DNA from: Leptogorgia sarmentosa
Taxonomy: Eukaryota
DNA length: 64,000 bases
Reading direction: 5' to 3'
Assembly: GCA_964658305.1 (NCBI GenBank)
Contig: OZ210885.1
Coordinates: 8,060,001-8,124,000 of the forward strand
Part shown: positions 11,871 to 24,230 of the stretch, piece by piece
Layout: each line of letters opens with the position of its first letter
Position numbering within the stretch: position 1 is the first letter of the stretch
Made by a program: the position numbers and the translations under genes
Notes under the pieces: generated by a model
What the model was told of the DNA's origin: nothing
Seen by the model: only the letters and a program-made list of their open reading frames with translations
Database searches by the model: none

Positions 11871-12329
11871 AATAAAGAATACCGAATGGTTTTCCGTGCA
11901 GGATTGCGTTATCCATGCACGTGGGATGTGGCGACTTTCGGAAAGCGTAAAAAATCACGAGCCGCAGGCGAGTCACTTTCCGAAACTCAAGCCACATCCC
12001 AAGTGTATGGATAACGCTATCCTGCACGGAAAAATCATTTTGTAATTGTTTTATAAAATAACTACAGTGAAACAACGGAAAACGTTAATTTCTTTCCATA
12101 AATACGAAACCCTTGTTTGTTGTTTTCGATAGCAATTTGTGTTACTGTCAAATTTTCGTATTTTACTTTAATTTATAATTGCCGACATTTTAAAAATCCC
12201 GTGACTCGTGAGCATTATGCTCGTGAGTAAGCATTCAGAATTTTCCAATCAGGATACTGTGCAGGATTGTCTGATCTTGCAGGACTATTGACCAATCAAA
12301 TTGCGTGTTTCACTGTAATTATTATGTAA
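11871..12329. mobile_element. Non-autonomous Crypton-like element with a long terminal palindrome
   Basis: Imperfect hairpin TTTTCCGTGCAGGATTGCGTTATCCAT..GAGCCGCAGGCGAGT..ATGGATAACGCTATCCTGCACGGAAAA; same layout as the end of the coding Crypton at 19.5-19.67 kb. Confidence 0.55.
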
Positions 12330-13574
12330 CAGCCTTTCACGGCCGAAAGCAATTTACTCGATAAGCGTGGTGACGTTATAACGTCCTCAATAAGAGCAGA
12401 ACTGAGTCATTAGACACTCGAAATATTTTCTTGTCAACAGAGATAACTTTTCTCATATGAAGAGTCCCTTAGTCTGCAAACAAACTTATAAGGATCGATG
12501 GTCCAATGTTGTATCTGTAAAACACTGCTGAAATGAAAAGATTTCAGAAAATACGACTAAGAGATAATGACGTCTGAATTTCAGTAAGGTTTGCTGATAA
12601 TGCTGTAAGTGTGACGACCATTGCAAACATCATTGGTAATTTTACTTTTATTGACAAATGTTCTATAATAATTCGATATTGTAAACCAGCAAATACAACT
12701 AAAAATCTACACTAAAGTTGAAACAAAATCATTTTCAAATAATATACAGTTGCCTCTTATATTAATCAGGCGAATTGCTGAAAACATTTCCAGATATGTT
12801 CACCGTTTAACTTATTCAGTGATACTGCCACACAGCTATTTCCTGCGGAAGCCTGGACAGGTATATCTTAATTACTGACAGTAGGGATATTGAATGATGA
12901 ATGAGGTAAAATGTGTTAAACATTTAATCAGAAATAATCAATTTCCATGCATCTCAGAAAATATGATGCCTGCGTCTATAAATTAATGACTTTCAAACAT
13001 TTCCAGTAACGCGCCGATATAGAAACTTACCGATTTTCCGACACTGATATTCAAAGGACGATATTGTCCCATACACCATGCAACAAGTAAACTAGCGCTT
13101 TCAATATCCTATTCCGCTTCGAATTTCACAACTAAAGGCTGCATTCCAGTTACCCGTTTTTACACGTACGTCTACCCACGTAAAAGTCTAAATCTCTCTA
13201 TATTTCATTCTATTAATAAAATACTTTTAGAATCACATACTACATCATTCAAAGTATGAGAGGCTTCACATTAATTCATGTGATTGCATAGAAACTAACG
13301 TTTGAAATCACTTTCGTTAATTTTTACACGCACGTATAGGTACCAAAAACGGCATAACTGCATGGAAAACATTGCGTCTTAAGTATCATGCACGCGTGAG
13401 ATAAATATAGCCATTGATCGCTGATATCTTGGAAATAGTGAAAAATCAAGTACCTACTGACCAAGCATGAGGTGTGCACGGTAAATATCAAACTGAGGCC
13501 AATGTCAAGACATGAAGACTGAGGTTTGAAAGTTAACCATACAGACGAAAGTTAAAACTGACTATAATTAGAAC

Positions 13575-13575
13575 A

Positions 13576-13606
<31 letters not shown>

Positions 13607-14975
13607 TTTATTTAAAATACACGCTAGCCTCACACAACAAATATGTTGATTTACAGAAGGGGCGTGTAGACATGCAAAGAACAAATACAATGGAAATGAC
13701 AAAAATTTTACCCCCCCCCCCCCTAACCCTAACCCAACCCCTCATCCATCCCACCCTAAAAACTAAGAAAATAAATAAAGAAAATGCTTGAGTTCAATTC
13801 AACATGACACTAGAAACGGCAGTTTGCAATACTACCCTTAAACTGCTGGTGCGAAGTCGCCGTCTTCGCCTCCAAAGGAAGATTATTCCAAAGAATTGAT
13901 GCATCGTATCTGAAACTGCGCTTCAAAAAGTTTGTTTTGGGCTTTGGAAGTGCTAGATCCGTTTCATGGTTTCGCAAATTGTATCCTTTATTAAGATCTT
14001 TAAGCCTTACAAGGCTATCCTTTAAGCACGGCGAATAATTTTCATTAAGGAATTTGTACGTCAAAACGCTTTTTGACTTTGCTCACCTAACATGGAGAGA
14101 GTCCCACCCTAAGCTTTGCAAAAGGTCACTTGATCTGATTCTATCTTCATATCTAGTTCCTGTAATAACCCTAGCAGCACGATTTTGTAAGGTTTGCAAT
14201 TTATCTGTTAATTTTTTATCACAGGTGTCCCATAAGGGAGAGCAGTAGTCAAAATATGGCTGAACTAATGCTCTATATAGTGTAACAAGAGAAGCTTGAG
14301 GGACGAATGGTTTAATTCTCCTCAATACTCCTATACCCGCACAAATCTTTTTACATATTTTTTCAATATAAGTATGGAACGTTAAACTACCATCAAGGTC
14401 AACCTAGACATTTATTCGACACAACAGATGATACTGGGTTATTATTCATAAGGATACTGGGATCCGGGTCACCAATCTTATTTGTCAAATTTTGTTTTTG
14501 ATCCAATTATCATAAGTTTGGTCTTAGAAGGGTGGGATTGGAGTTTATTAACATTTAACCAAATCGTGACGTTCTCTAAGTCAATCTTAATATCATTGGG
14601 CAATTCGTCAAAGTCATACGAAGCGGCAAAAACTTGCGTATCATCGGCATATAAACATGGTGTTGTATTCCTAAGGCAATTTGGTAAGTCGTTGATATAA
14701 ATCAAGAACAACAACGGGCCAAGTATTGACCCTTGGGGAACCCCACAAATTATTTCCTTTTTTTCAGAAATAAAGCCATTAACTTGGCACTGTTGTTGCC
14801 GATTCGCAAGATAAGATTGGAACCATGTATATTCAATTTGTGACACACCATAATAGGCTAACTTTTCAAGCAATATTTCGTGGTCTATAGAGTTGAAAGC
14901 TTTACGAATGTCAATGAAAACCACACCTGTCAATTTACCATTGTCCATATTTTCGTACCAGTTATCACACATTTG
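13575..14975 (-). mobile_element. 5'-truncated, frameshifted LINE (CR1/L2-group) with (TTGA)n tail
   Basis: RT motifs VFIDIRKAF, GVPQGSILGPLLFLIYINDL, LYADDT; C-terminal YFDYCSPLW..LQNRAAR and YNLR..F.Y...LWNNLP; AATAAA then a TTGA microsatellite tail. Confidence 0.92.
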
Positions 14976-14989
14976 ATATATATCCACGT

Positions 14990-16635
14990 ATAACATGTGT
15001 TGTTAGATTATTGAAAGTTTGTGCACGATGGCGTTTCAACATGAGGCTGAATGGATAATACATTAAAAAACGTACGACAGTTTTTTCGTGTGGCGAAGGA
15101 CATGAACTTCATCTCGTAACTCTCGAGATTCTTGAGCCATACTTTGAAGTTGTGCTATCTATAATACAAAAAAACACGACTCAAAAACATGTCAGTGCTT
15201 TTTATGTTTTAATGTAATTGCTGTTCTTTAAATTCGATCTACTCACTCGCTCACACAAACTTAAGTGTTCTTTCTCGTATGAGTCGCATCTAGTACGAAG
15301 TTCATCCCGATCCATAAATAATAGTGAAATTTGTAAAGAAAAAACCGACTCTTGAAAAAAGAAAGAAAACAAAACAAACAATCCAGTAGTAGGAAGAGTT
15401 TCAACACGAACATACTTGAATCAAGAGCGCAGTTCTCTTCCTTTAGTTGTTCCACCTCTTCCCTTAATTGTTCCGCCTCTAGTCGAAGCCTGAAACATTC
15501 ATCAGGATCTCTGCAGGCTGAGTTCAGTAGTTTAGCTGCCAGGGACTGTAGTATCTTCATATCTCTGGTTTTATGAGTAATACAAGCAAGCATTTCAAAC
15601 GCTTCTTCAAAACTTTCCAGTAGTTACTGCATACCGTAAACACATTGTTTATTGGATAACATAGAACCATAGAACTTAATTATACTATAGTCTTAAAATG
15701 TAATGCAATGTTAATGCAACAATGGGGGGGGGGGGGGGGGCTCAACTTGCTTTGCCCTGCATCGCACTTGTGCTTTACTGCAGTGTATAGTCCACTTCAA
15801 GAAAAATATTTATAAATTTTTAAAGCAGTTTACGAACCCATGTTGGTTATTATGAGTTCTTAACCGTTTATTTAAGAACTCGCACTTTTAGTTCTTCATT
15901 TTCCGCTTCGAGAATAGAGTTGTTCTCTCTCAACAATGATAACTGCATTGTAAGAATTAAAACAAATTTATATGTATACCTACAAGTCATCACTTTTCTT
16001 TATTGATTGTTGTAAACTGATGCTGACAAAACCTGGTTTAGTCATTTACTCAGCGTTACACAATGTAATATGTGCCACTAAAAAAAAATTAATGATCGAC
16101 CATAACAGTACATATGCTCATACTTGTCCATCTTGTTCATGACATCTTTGCGAGATGTCTTCATTTTCTTGAATTGATAAATTCAATCGATGGTGAAAAT
16201 ATACACATAATTACACGGTTGAATTGTACTGTATCTCCTAATATTTTTTTCTATTTAGTCCATTTTTTACTACACATACACAGTTACAGTTGCAGTGTGT
16301 TTAAAAACAATCCTGTATCTCTAGATCTGAAAATGCATCATAATAAATATCAACAGGACTTGAAACATCCCCATTTTGTAACTACACCAACAAAAAAGTG
16401 TTCACATTAATTTTTCTGTTCATTTTTCAATACGTAATGCCAGTTTCATGATTTTTGTTATGAATTCTAATAGAAAATATCTACCATTAATAAATTGTTT
16501 AATATCTATAGTGGCATTGCACTTGCACATGATCTACACCTTTTCCAGGTCATTTTCAGTGATTTCTAAACGAATTTCAGAAAACGCAGGTCAATTTCAG
16601 ACATTTACAAGTGAGGTTCAGTTAATACAAGTCTG
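14990..16635 (-). pseudogene. Second copy of the Hook-like exon block (segmental duplicate of ~246-1935)
   Basis: Colinear, near-identical introns; a deletion removes half of the EFITKIMKL exon and its donor; ends inside the left arm of the 1837 MITE. Confidence 0.85.
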
Positions 16636-17434
16636 CAGATGTGTTCCACCAATAAGAACCTGACAGATAAGGAGACTGACTGTTTTCATGTGGTCTTATG
16701 CTATTCGAGCTGTGTTTGATAAACAGAGGAAACAACAAACGTTTTAAATCGATCACCTGTTCATTATTCAATGCGTGTTTTTATTCAATGACACGCGCCA
16801 GGTGAAATATCTTTTCTAAAATTAACAACTCATACATATTATTAAATCGAAGAGTTTGCAGTTGTGAATAAAAATCGAGAAAGTGTTGTTCGCATAAGCA
16901 AAATGATGTTACATTCCATTTCCAAAGAACATCACATTAATATTTATAATATTTTCTTTTTATTTAAACAATCTCAAAATGTTTGTTGATTAAAACGAAA
17001 TTATTCAAGCACTGTTGGGAAAAACACCCTCAATAACGATGTGACAGATATGTTTTATTCTTGACTGATATGCACTGCATAATACTGGATGCTAATCGAC
17101 GAGCAGATGTAAGTCACGTTCGTTGAGACAGTATACATTGTCCCTGAGCCACGGCGCGAAGCGCCGACCGGGCGTCAGCCCGGGGCGAGGGTAATAATTC
17201 CGCACGCTATTTGCACCCGGGTATAGAGCTGCATAGCGGAGTCCAAAGTTTCTCGATTTGGCCGCCATTTTGGGTCATGGTGCATCGTAGGTCATCACTG
17301 ATCTCTAAAATTAGTGGAATATCATGAAGAGCCGAAGCTTTTTAAAGCTTTCATGCCTTCAAGAGCTTCTTAAAGGTTTGGAAAGGGGAAAACAAAGACA
17401 ACATCTGCGCGTAAAATATAAAACGCTGAGAAAT

Positions 17435-20400
17435 GGTAGGTAGGTAAAAACTTTATTTAATCACGCTAACCCCTACAGCAGAGAGCTGATTTCCAAGGGG
17501 GGCGTGCATATTCATAAAAAATCAAAGAAGAAATTAGTTATTTACATCACGGACACACTACATAAAGTACACTACACACATTTAAAAAAAGAATACAGTA
17601 TATACATGATTACCGGCCAGGCATTATAAAATTGGTTTTAAAGGACTGGAGAGAATCCTTATTATTATGAGTATAGAATTTTATACGCGATAAAGTCGTC
17701 GAATAAAAATCATATGTCTAAAATTTCCGAGGATCTCATTGGACGTACGGAATTCGCCACTAGTGAAAAACGTCGTATAAGCCTTCTCATTGGACGTACG
17801 GAATTCGTCACTAGTGAAAAATTTGATATTAAGTTTTGTCGGCCATTAAAGAAAAAAACAACAATCAGTTTTGTAGACGTCTGTTTGACTTTTCGTTTGA
17901 AATGGCTTCACATGCACGTTTCGCAGAGACACCATCCGTAAGCGAATTCATTGAACAACAGGAGAATAATAATACAAGATTAAAAACCCTGCGGGACATT
18001 ACACTTCTTCAAGAATTTTTATCGTCGAAAAATGAATTGCGAAGGATCGCGGAAATTTCCGTAGAGCAACTTAACGAGTACCTGAGCGAATTTATTATTT
18101 CTGTTCGAAAAAAACAAGACAACGGAGAATATGAACCTAGTTCCCTTCGTTCTATGTTTGCCAGCTTTAAGAGGTACTTGAAGAAAAAGAACGGCCTTAG
18201 TATCATGATGGATACGGGCTTTGAACGTGCCCGAAAAGCTTTGCAATCAAAACAAAAAGAGCTCAAGCAAAAAGGAAAATGGAACAAACCGAACGCCTGT
18301 GTTGCTCTTAGCGAAGACGAAGTCAAGCTGCTTTACGAGAAAGAACTTTTGGGAATTTCGAGTCGCGAAGCGTTGCTAAATACCGTTTGGTTCAACAATA
18401 CTATTCACTTTGGCCTTCGTGGTTGCAAAGAACACTGAGATATGTGCTGGGGCGACGTGAAACTACGCAAGAACGCGAATGGAAACGAATATTTGGAGTA
18501 TTTTGAGCGACAAACGTACGGAGAAAACCCAAGAGATGTTAGATAAGTAACGCCAAAGATGTATGCTATCGCCACAAATCCGCCGGAAAAAGATCCCGTC
18601 TTTGTTTACAAATCTACGCAGAAAAACGTCCGAATGAAGTGAATACAGACGAAGCACCGTTTTACCTGGCCGTAAACCACTGCAAAAGGGTTTCATCTGA
18701 TAAGTCTTGGTTCAAAAAAAATGCTCTTGGTGTGAACAAACTAAACTCGCTTATGAAAACAATGGCTGAGAAAGCTGGCCTTGGTCCAAACATTAGCAAT
18801 CATAGGGTAGCGGGCGAAAAACGATGATGCAAACTTTGACCAACAACGATATTCCTCCCACAGACATAGTTCAACTTTCTGGGCATAAGAATTTGCAAAG
18901 CGTCACGAATTATTCAACTGTAACCCAGAACCAGCAAAAGAGAATGTCCCAAGCCTTAGCGAATTTGGCGACTGGCGAAAAGTCCTCGTCGGAGTCCTCC
19001 ACTTGCACTTCGAGTATTAAGTCAACCCCGGAAATCGAACAACAACAACAACAACATGCAATGGCTTTGTTCTCCGGCGCGGTAATTCAAGGAGGTCAAA
19101 TAAGCATTTCGATAACCACATTAAATCAATCTCCAGTGGCAGTGACAGAAAATGTGTCCCCACAACAGTACAAACGAATAAGATTAATTGACTCTGATTC
19201 AGACTAAATGTTATTGACGTATAGATTCCGACTGAGGTCTAGTTTATTTTAAAACTTGAGTCACATTTCGTTCTTAATACGTTACTTATTAATTCTAAAT
19301 TATTCGTATTTAAATTTGACTCGAAGTACAGTAACTGTTTATCAAGTTTTTGAGCTTTGTAAAATTTCAACGACATTTTTAAAGCGAAATCGTTTCGTTG
19401 TCGTAGCTATTTTTGTATGTTTTAATACATATTTTTGAAACGTTTGGTTTGAATTGTGTCTTTCACCATTCAGCACTTAAATTTCTCTCTACAATATAAT
19501 TATAACTCATATAATAAACAAATTACTTCATGTTTGACTCGTTTGTACGATTTTTATTCACTCGTTGTGAAAGATTAAACTCACTCGTTCGCTGCGCTCA
19601 CTCGTTCGATCTTTCACAACTCGTGAATAAAAATCGTACGCACTCGTCAACCATGAAGTAATCTCTATAGTCCTTAACTCTTCTGAGAGGCTATTCCACA
19701 ATTTTACACCTCTGAAACTCAGACTTTTTTTAAGAAAGTCAGAGCGAGGATGAGGCAGAAAGAGCTTAGTGGAAGAGCCTCGTAAATTGTAATATTGGGA
19801 GGAAGGCGTCTGTAGAAAGATATCAGCTAACGCTTTTGGCGCTAGATTATTCATAATTTTATACATTGAACTTGCTACGAACTTGGTTCTGCGTTCGCTC
19901 AGTGGCTTCCATCCAAGTTCATTCAGAGCAAGTTCAGACTGACCGTGCACGTTTTTACGGCCTGTAATAACTCTAGCAGCCCTGTTTTGTAATTTTTGCA
20001 AGCGGTCAGAAAGCCCGATGCCAATAGTGTCCCAAACTTCACAACAATAATCGAAATGAGGTGCCACAAGTGCATTATAAGCACCTATTAGGGCACCACG
20101 ATCGATACAGGACTTGAGCTTTCTGATCGCTGCAATTCCGGATGAAACTTTTTTAGCAATTGTATCAACATGTTTTTCCCAAGATAGAAACTCATCAATA
20201 TGGACTCCCAGTGCCTTTGTTACTCTCACTCTATTAATTGGTGTATCTCCAACATAAAAATTGGGAGCAGTAAGTAAGTTATTGATATTATACCGTGATC
20301 CAATTAGTAAGTATTCAGTTTTGACCAGATTTAGGGACAGTTTGTTTGAACAAAGCCAACTCTTGACATTTGCAAGATCGTGGTTAATTGCCTCCTCTAC

Positions 20401-21225
20401 TTCCTGTATTGATTTACCAGATACAGTTAACGTGGTATCGTCGGCAAACATTCTTGGCGACGAGTATTCCAGACTGTGGGGTAAATCGTTTATATAAATT
20501 AGAAATAGGAGAGGCGCAAGGATAGAACCTTGAGGAATTCCACACGAAATTGGCTTTGGGCCGGATAGCGCTCCATTAACAGAGCACAGCTGAGTTCTAT
20601 TCTCAAGGTACGAACTTAACAGGTTCATCGAAGGTGAAAAAACTGCAATATTAAACATACCGCGGTCCATGTTGATGAACCATTCGTTAGTACTATCCAA
20701 AAGGGCAGAAGCTGTTGAATGAAACTGTCTAAATCCAAACTGATGAGGAGATAATAAGTTATTGGAAACAAAGTAGTCATATAGTTGTTCATATAGTACC
20801 TTTTCGAAAATTTTACTTATAGCGGGCAAAATAGAGATTGGGCGATAATTATTTAACAAATTTTTTGGACCTTTTTTGTGTAAAGGAATAACCCTAGCTG
20901 ACTTCCATTCAGATGGAACAGCTTCCAAAAGAATTGCCCTATTAAAAATTTCGGTTATCGACTTTACAATTACAGGAGATGCAATTCGCATGATTTTGGA
21001 AGGGATTTTATCAATTCCAGTAGATTTTCAGGGATTTAATGAAATCAGTAACTTATGAACTTTCGATACCGAAATAGTTTAAAAATTAAATTTACTTGAT
21101 ATATTCATAATGTTGTCTCGGAAATTTCCATCGCCACTATCAATACTGTTGGCGATCTCAGGGCCAACATTGGTGAAATAATTGTTGAAACATTCAGCCA
21201 ATTCATTAGGTTGGGTTGGAAATTT
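17435..21225 (-). mobile_element. 5'-truncated LINE (CR1/L2-group) interrupted by a Crypton
   Basis: ORF 19558-20991: YRPISILP, QFGFR, GIPQGS, MFADDT, with an internal deletion after FNIAVF. Its 3' end (..KDSLQSFK, 3'UTR, AATAAA, (TACC)n tail) resumes at 17661-17435. Confidence 0.9.
17662..19667 (+). mobile_element. CryptonA-type tyrosine-recombinase transposon (DUF3504, ZMYM/KCTD1/QRICH1-like), defective
   Basis: GEYEPSSL; HFGLRG (catalytic R); NH..R; SGHKNLQSVTNY (H, Y). One TGA at 18436 and 2 frameshifts; 3' terminal palindrome around CTCGTTCGCTGCGCTCACTCG; TA on both flanks, and removing the element restores LINE LRTKDSLQSFK. Confidence 0.88.
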
Positions 21226-21240
21226 GATGGGTTTCGTAAT

Positions 21241-24045
21241 TTATGCAGTTAATATCGCTGCTCTTTTTTTCACGGTTTTTTTCAAAGTACTAGGCTGTAC
21301 TTTGGTGAGCCACTGAGGGGTAAGCGGTAACATACCAAACCTACGCGCACTTTCATAAATAGCTTGGTTCTTGCGAATGATTAACCACATCGAGGAAACC
21401 AATTGCGTTCGTCTGCCCAAACTCGGATTACGCGGCGGGTTTGTCCAATTGAATTTACGCAGCTTTTCTTTCGCTTGCTCGACTGTCAAACTGAACAGAT
21501 CGATGGAGTGGAATAACTCGACAAGACCAATCACCCTATCCGTGGCTTTTGAAGTCGACGCCCCCCCCCCCCTCCAGGCATTTTTGCAGCGCTGAAGAAA
21601 ATCACTGGCGTTCCCATGGCGACGCATGGTAACGCCGCGTGGATTCGTTGTGTAATCACGAGTCTAGCTTGGGAATATTTCTCAAGGATTTTGTAAGCAT
21701 CGACGAAACGTTCTTGTGTCAATAACGACGGACGCAAACCGTAGTCGAACTTGTGCCTAACCAATTTGGCTTTCTTGACAATCCATTCCGGCAGTAATTT
21801 CATGTTTTCCTTGGACAGATCTGTGATGTATATCGTATTGTCCCGCTTTTCTAACGGCTGAGGGTTTCGTATTCGTAGAGACAGCGTCATACAACCTGAG
21901 AAAAACGATGGCACTTGTAACTTATCCATAAATTTTTTTGTGACCATATCGCGAGCGCCAATGGGCGCCTTGGATTTTAGAAAATCAATGGCTTTTGTCG
22001 AGGAGGAAACAACGGAACGAAATCTTGCGTCAGTGTGAATAGAAAGCATCATTGGATCGATATTTTCTGGGGGTGGCCATTTGAACCTACGGTTACCCCA
22101 CCAGGCGTTAAAGAACACAGGGTGCTTACTGCCGTGGGTGTTTGGAGGTATCAGGTACTCTCTGTCCAAGAAGAAGTCGACAAATGGCAAGAATTGCAAT
22201 CCAGCGAGGGCTTGAATCTCGTCTCCGATATTTGCAAGAACATTGGGACCAGGACTGCCGTCAAACGATAACATCCCGAAATGGTGTTCGTGTTCGAATG
22301 GCATTTCATGGCGGGCGTACATATCACGAAAGGTCTTCGAATGACGAATCATGCACCAGCGTGTGTTATTTGGACAATGTCGTGAAAACCCATTCCACAC
22401 GGTATCTTGGAACATACTGGGCAACAATGGTTTGGAATTCCAGGACTTCATGTTTTCAAGAAACCTGGTAACGTGTTGTTGTAATCGTTGATCCTTTACA
22501 TGTAATTGGAGGTGTTCGAAGGCGGTTTTTTCCCTGACAGCAAATCTCAACGACATGCAAGGCCAGTTATTTTCTTGTTCATCACCCGACAGGCGTTGCG
22601 TCGTTGGGTAAGAAGGCAAAAAAAAACTTCCACCGTACTGCCAGAGATGGGCAAGACATAAAGCTTCGGTAAAGTACCATTCATAATGAAGGCCAGCTAA
22701 GACTTTGTACAAGACATGAAGCTCGCCCCATTCCTTTAATGGTGTCTTCCCAAGCACATTTGGAACCACGAGGAAACTTGCGGTTATCGCTGGATTTTCT
22801 AGCTTCTTTATGGTATCCAAGCATTTCATTGTGCTGCAGTACACTTGTATAGATGCGCCAGTTTGTTTGGGTGCCATAACCATGTCTTTGATGAACGCAT
22901 CTGACATTGGCTTATTAAAAAGCTAAGCTGTAGTCAGAACCAGTGAGGTGTCACGATTTACAACAGGATTCGGGGAAGGTCTGTCATTAACGCGACGTAC
23001 GTCAAATTCGAAAGGATGTTCATTGAGACTGTCTTTGAGCTTGCGTGGCGAATACACCAAAGTTGACAGCAAGGTTAGGAAGCCAACGAGCAAGAAGAAT
23101 CGGCAGCATCTTCGTGGAGTGATTCTCAATGATGGGAAAATAAAAAATTTCTTCGAAGAGGTTTTTCCCCTGTGGGAGAAAAGGTAGAGGGCTAGGCCTG
23201 AGAATATGATCACCAATCCGAGGAGCCACGTCAGAGCGAGGTTGAAATATTTGATTTTGAGCGTAATGACGAAAATACGTTTTGAGAAATTTAAAATAGC
23301 GTGGTTCAATGGCGAGACGTTCTGAAGGACTGAAATGGAAGCTAGGTTATAAACACAGTGGAAGCCTGAAGCTGCAATACCCGATTGAGATAAATTCAGT
23401 GGGGACGTGTTTTGAATGATCAATTTTAGTATCAGAAACGGGAAAAGCAAAAGAGTTCCAAAGAAGGACAATATGAAATATTTTTCGAACGGACTTTCGT
23501 ACTGTCGACCGATATTTTTTAAAGCAATGTTTCGAAGCGGAAATGCGATATTTGATGCCACCGCCGCAAGAATCCCCCAAAGATTGAACGCTATATCCCA
23601 TATGACGAAAATACATGTTCCAAATACCATGAGAATTATTGAAAATAGTACAAGAGAACTCGTACTTTGTTTTTCGGCGGGCTGCGATTTGAGACAAGAG
23701 AACTTGAGGAATAAGAACATGAAAATGGGCTCTGACAATTTCACAACTTGAGTCGCACTTGAACTGACAAAAGTGTAGGAAACATTGACAGAAAGATGGC
23801 CGACCAGATTTCCTAGTATGACAACAAGGCCATTCCAGTCACGGATTTTTGAAATAGTCAAAGATCTTCTCTCAACGAAGAATATCCAAAATGCAGAGCC
23901 AATTACGCCGAAGAGAAATTGCATGACTGTGAGGTCCAACCATTTCATTTCTTGGGAAGATTTTTTCGTTTTACCTTCAGACATTTCTGTCTTGGAGTAA
24001 AGTGACGTGAGCCCATTCGCAATCCACCACAGCAACACAAGCGCC
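21241..24045 (-). pseudogene. TPT/SLC35E-family transporter fused to a degenerate GT32-like segment and a polysaccharide pyruvyl transferase; intronless, disrupted
   Basis: TPT motifs QVVKLSEPIF, SNIAFPLRN, VSPLNHAILNFSKRIFVI. ORFs 22923-24038 and 21531-22907 are in the same frame across one TAG. Pyruvyltransferase motifs NIGDEIQ, PIGARD, LVITQRIHAALPCVAMGTPVIF. A poly-G frameshift at ~21561-21572 leads into the 21241 frame. Confidence 0.85.
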
Positions 24046-24230
24046 AGTCAACAATGAGAACCCGTGAGATACAACTAGTCCTTTAATATACCAATAACAA
24101 CAACAAGAATAATAATCTCAGATAAAGCGCGCCAAACGTGCCTCATGCCAAAACATGTGTTCACCTGTCACGTGACACTGACGAATATTAACTACGCAAC
24201 TACAGACCGGTATGCCGGTATGGCGTGACT
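24046..24230 (-). repeat. 3' LTR (185 bp) with non-canonical AGTCA..TGACT termini
   Basis: Directly follows the PPT; 5-bp inverted ends; contains ATTAAA; 24197-24225 is identical to 27767-27795. Confidence 0.7.

Noticed and set aside
11240..13120. Possible decayed coding fragments on the minus strand
   Set aside because: No family recognisable by eye; would need BLASTx
13720..13741. CCCTAA telomere-like repeats
   Set aside because: Only 2-3 units inside a LINE 3' UTR
22923..22925. Programmed stop readthrough between transporter and enzyme
   Set aside because: The gene also has a frameshift and an LTR insertion, so simple nonsense decay is more parsimonious; testable in paralogues
21241..24045. 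Bacterial contamination or operon
   Set aside because: TPT is a eukaryotic family, and the locus is interleaved with animal retroelements
24046..24146. In-frame ATG at 24146 (MRHVWRAL..) as the start of the TPT gene
   Set aside because: Needs two extra stops and lies inside the Gypsy 3' LTR; a better N-terminus is at 27796-27828
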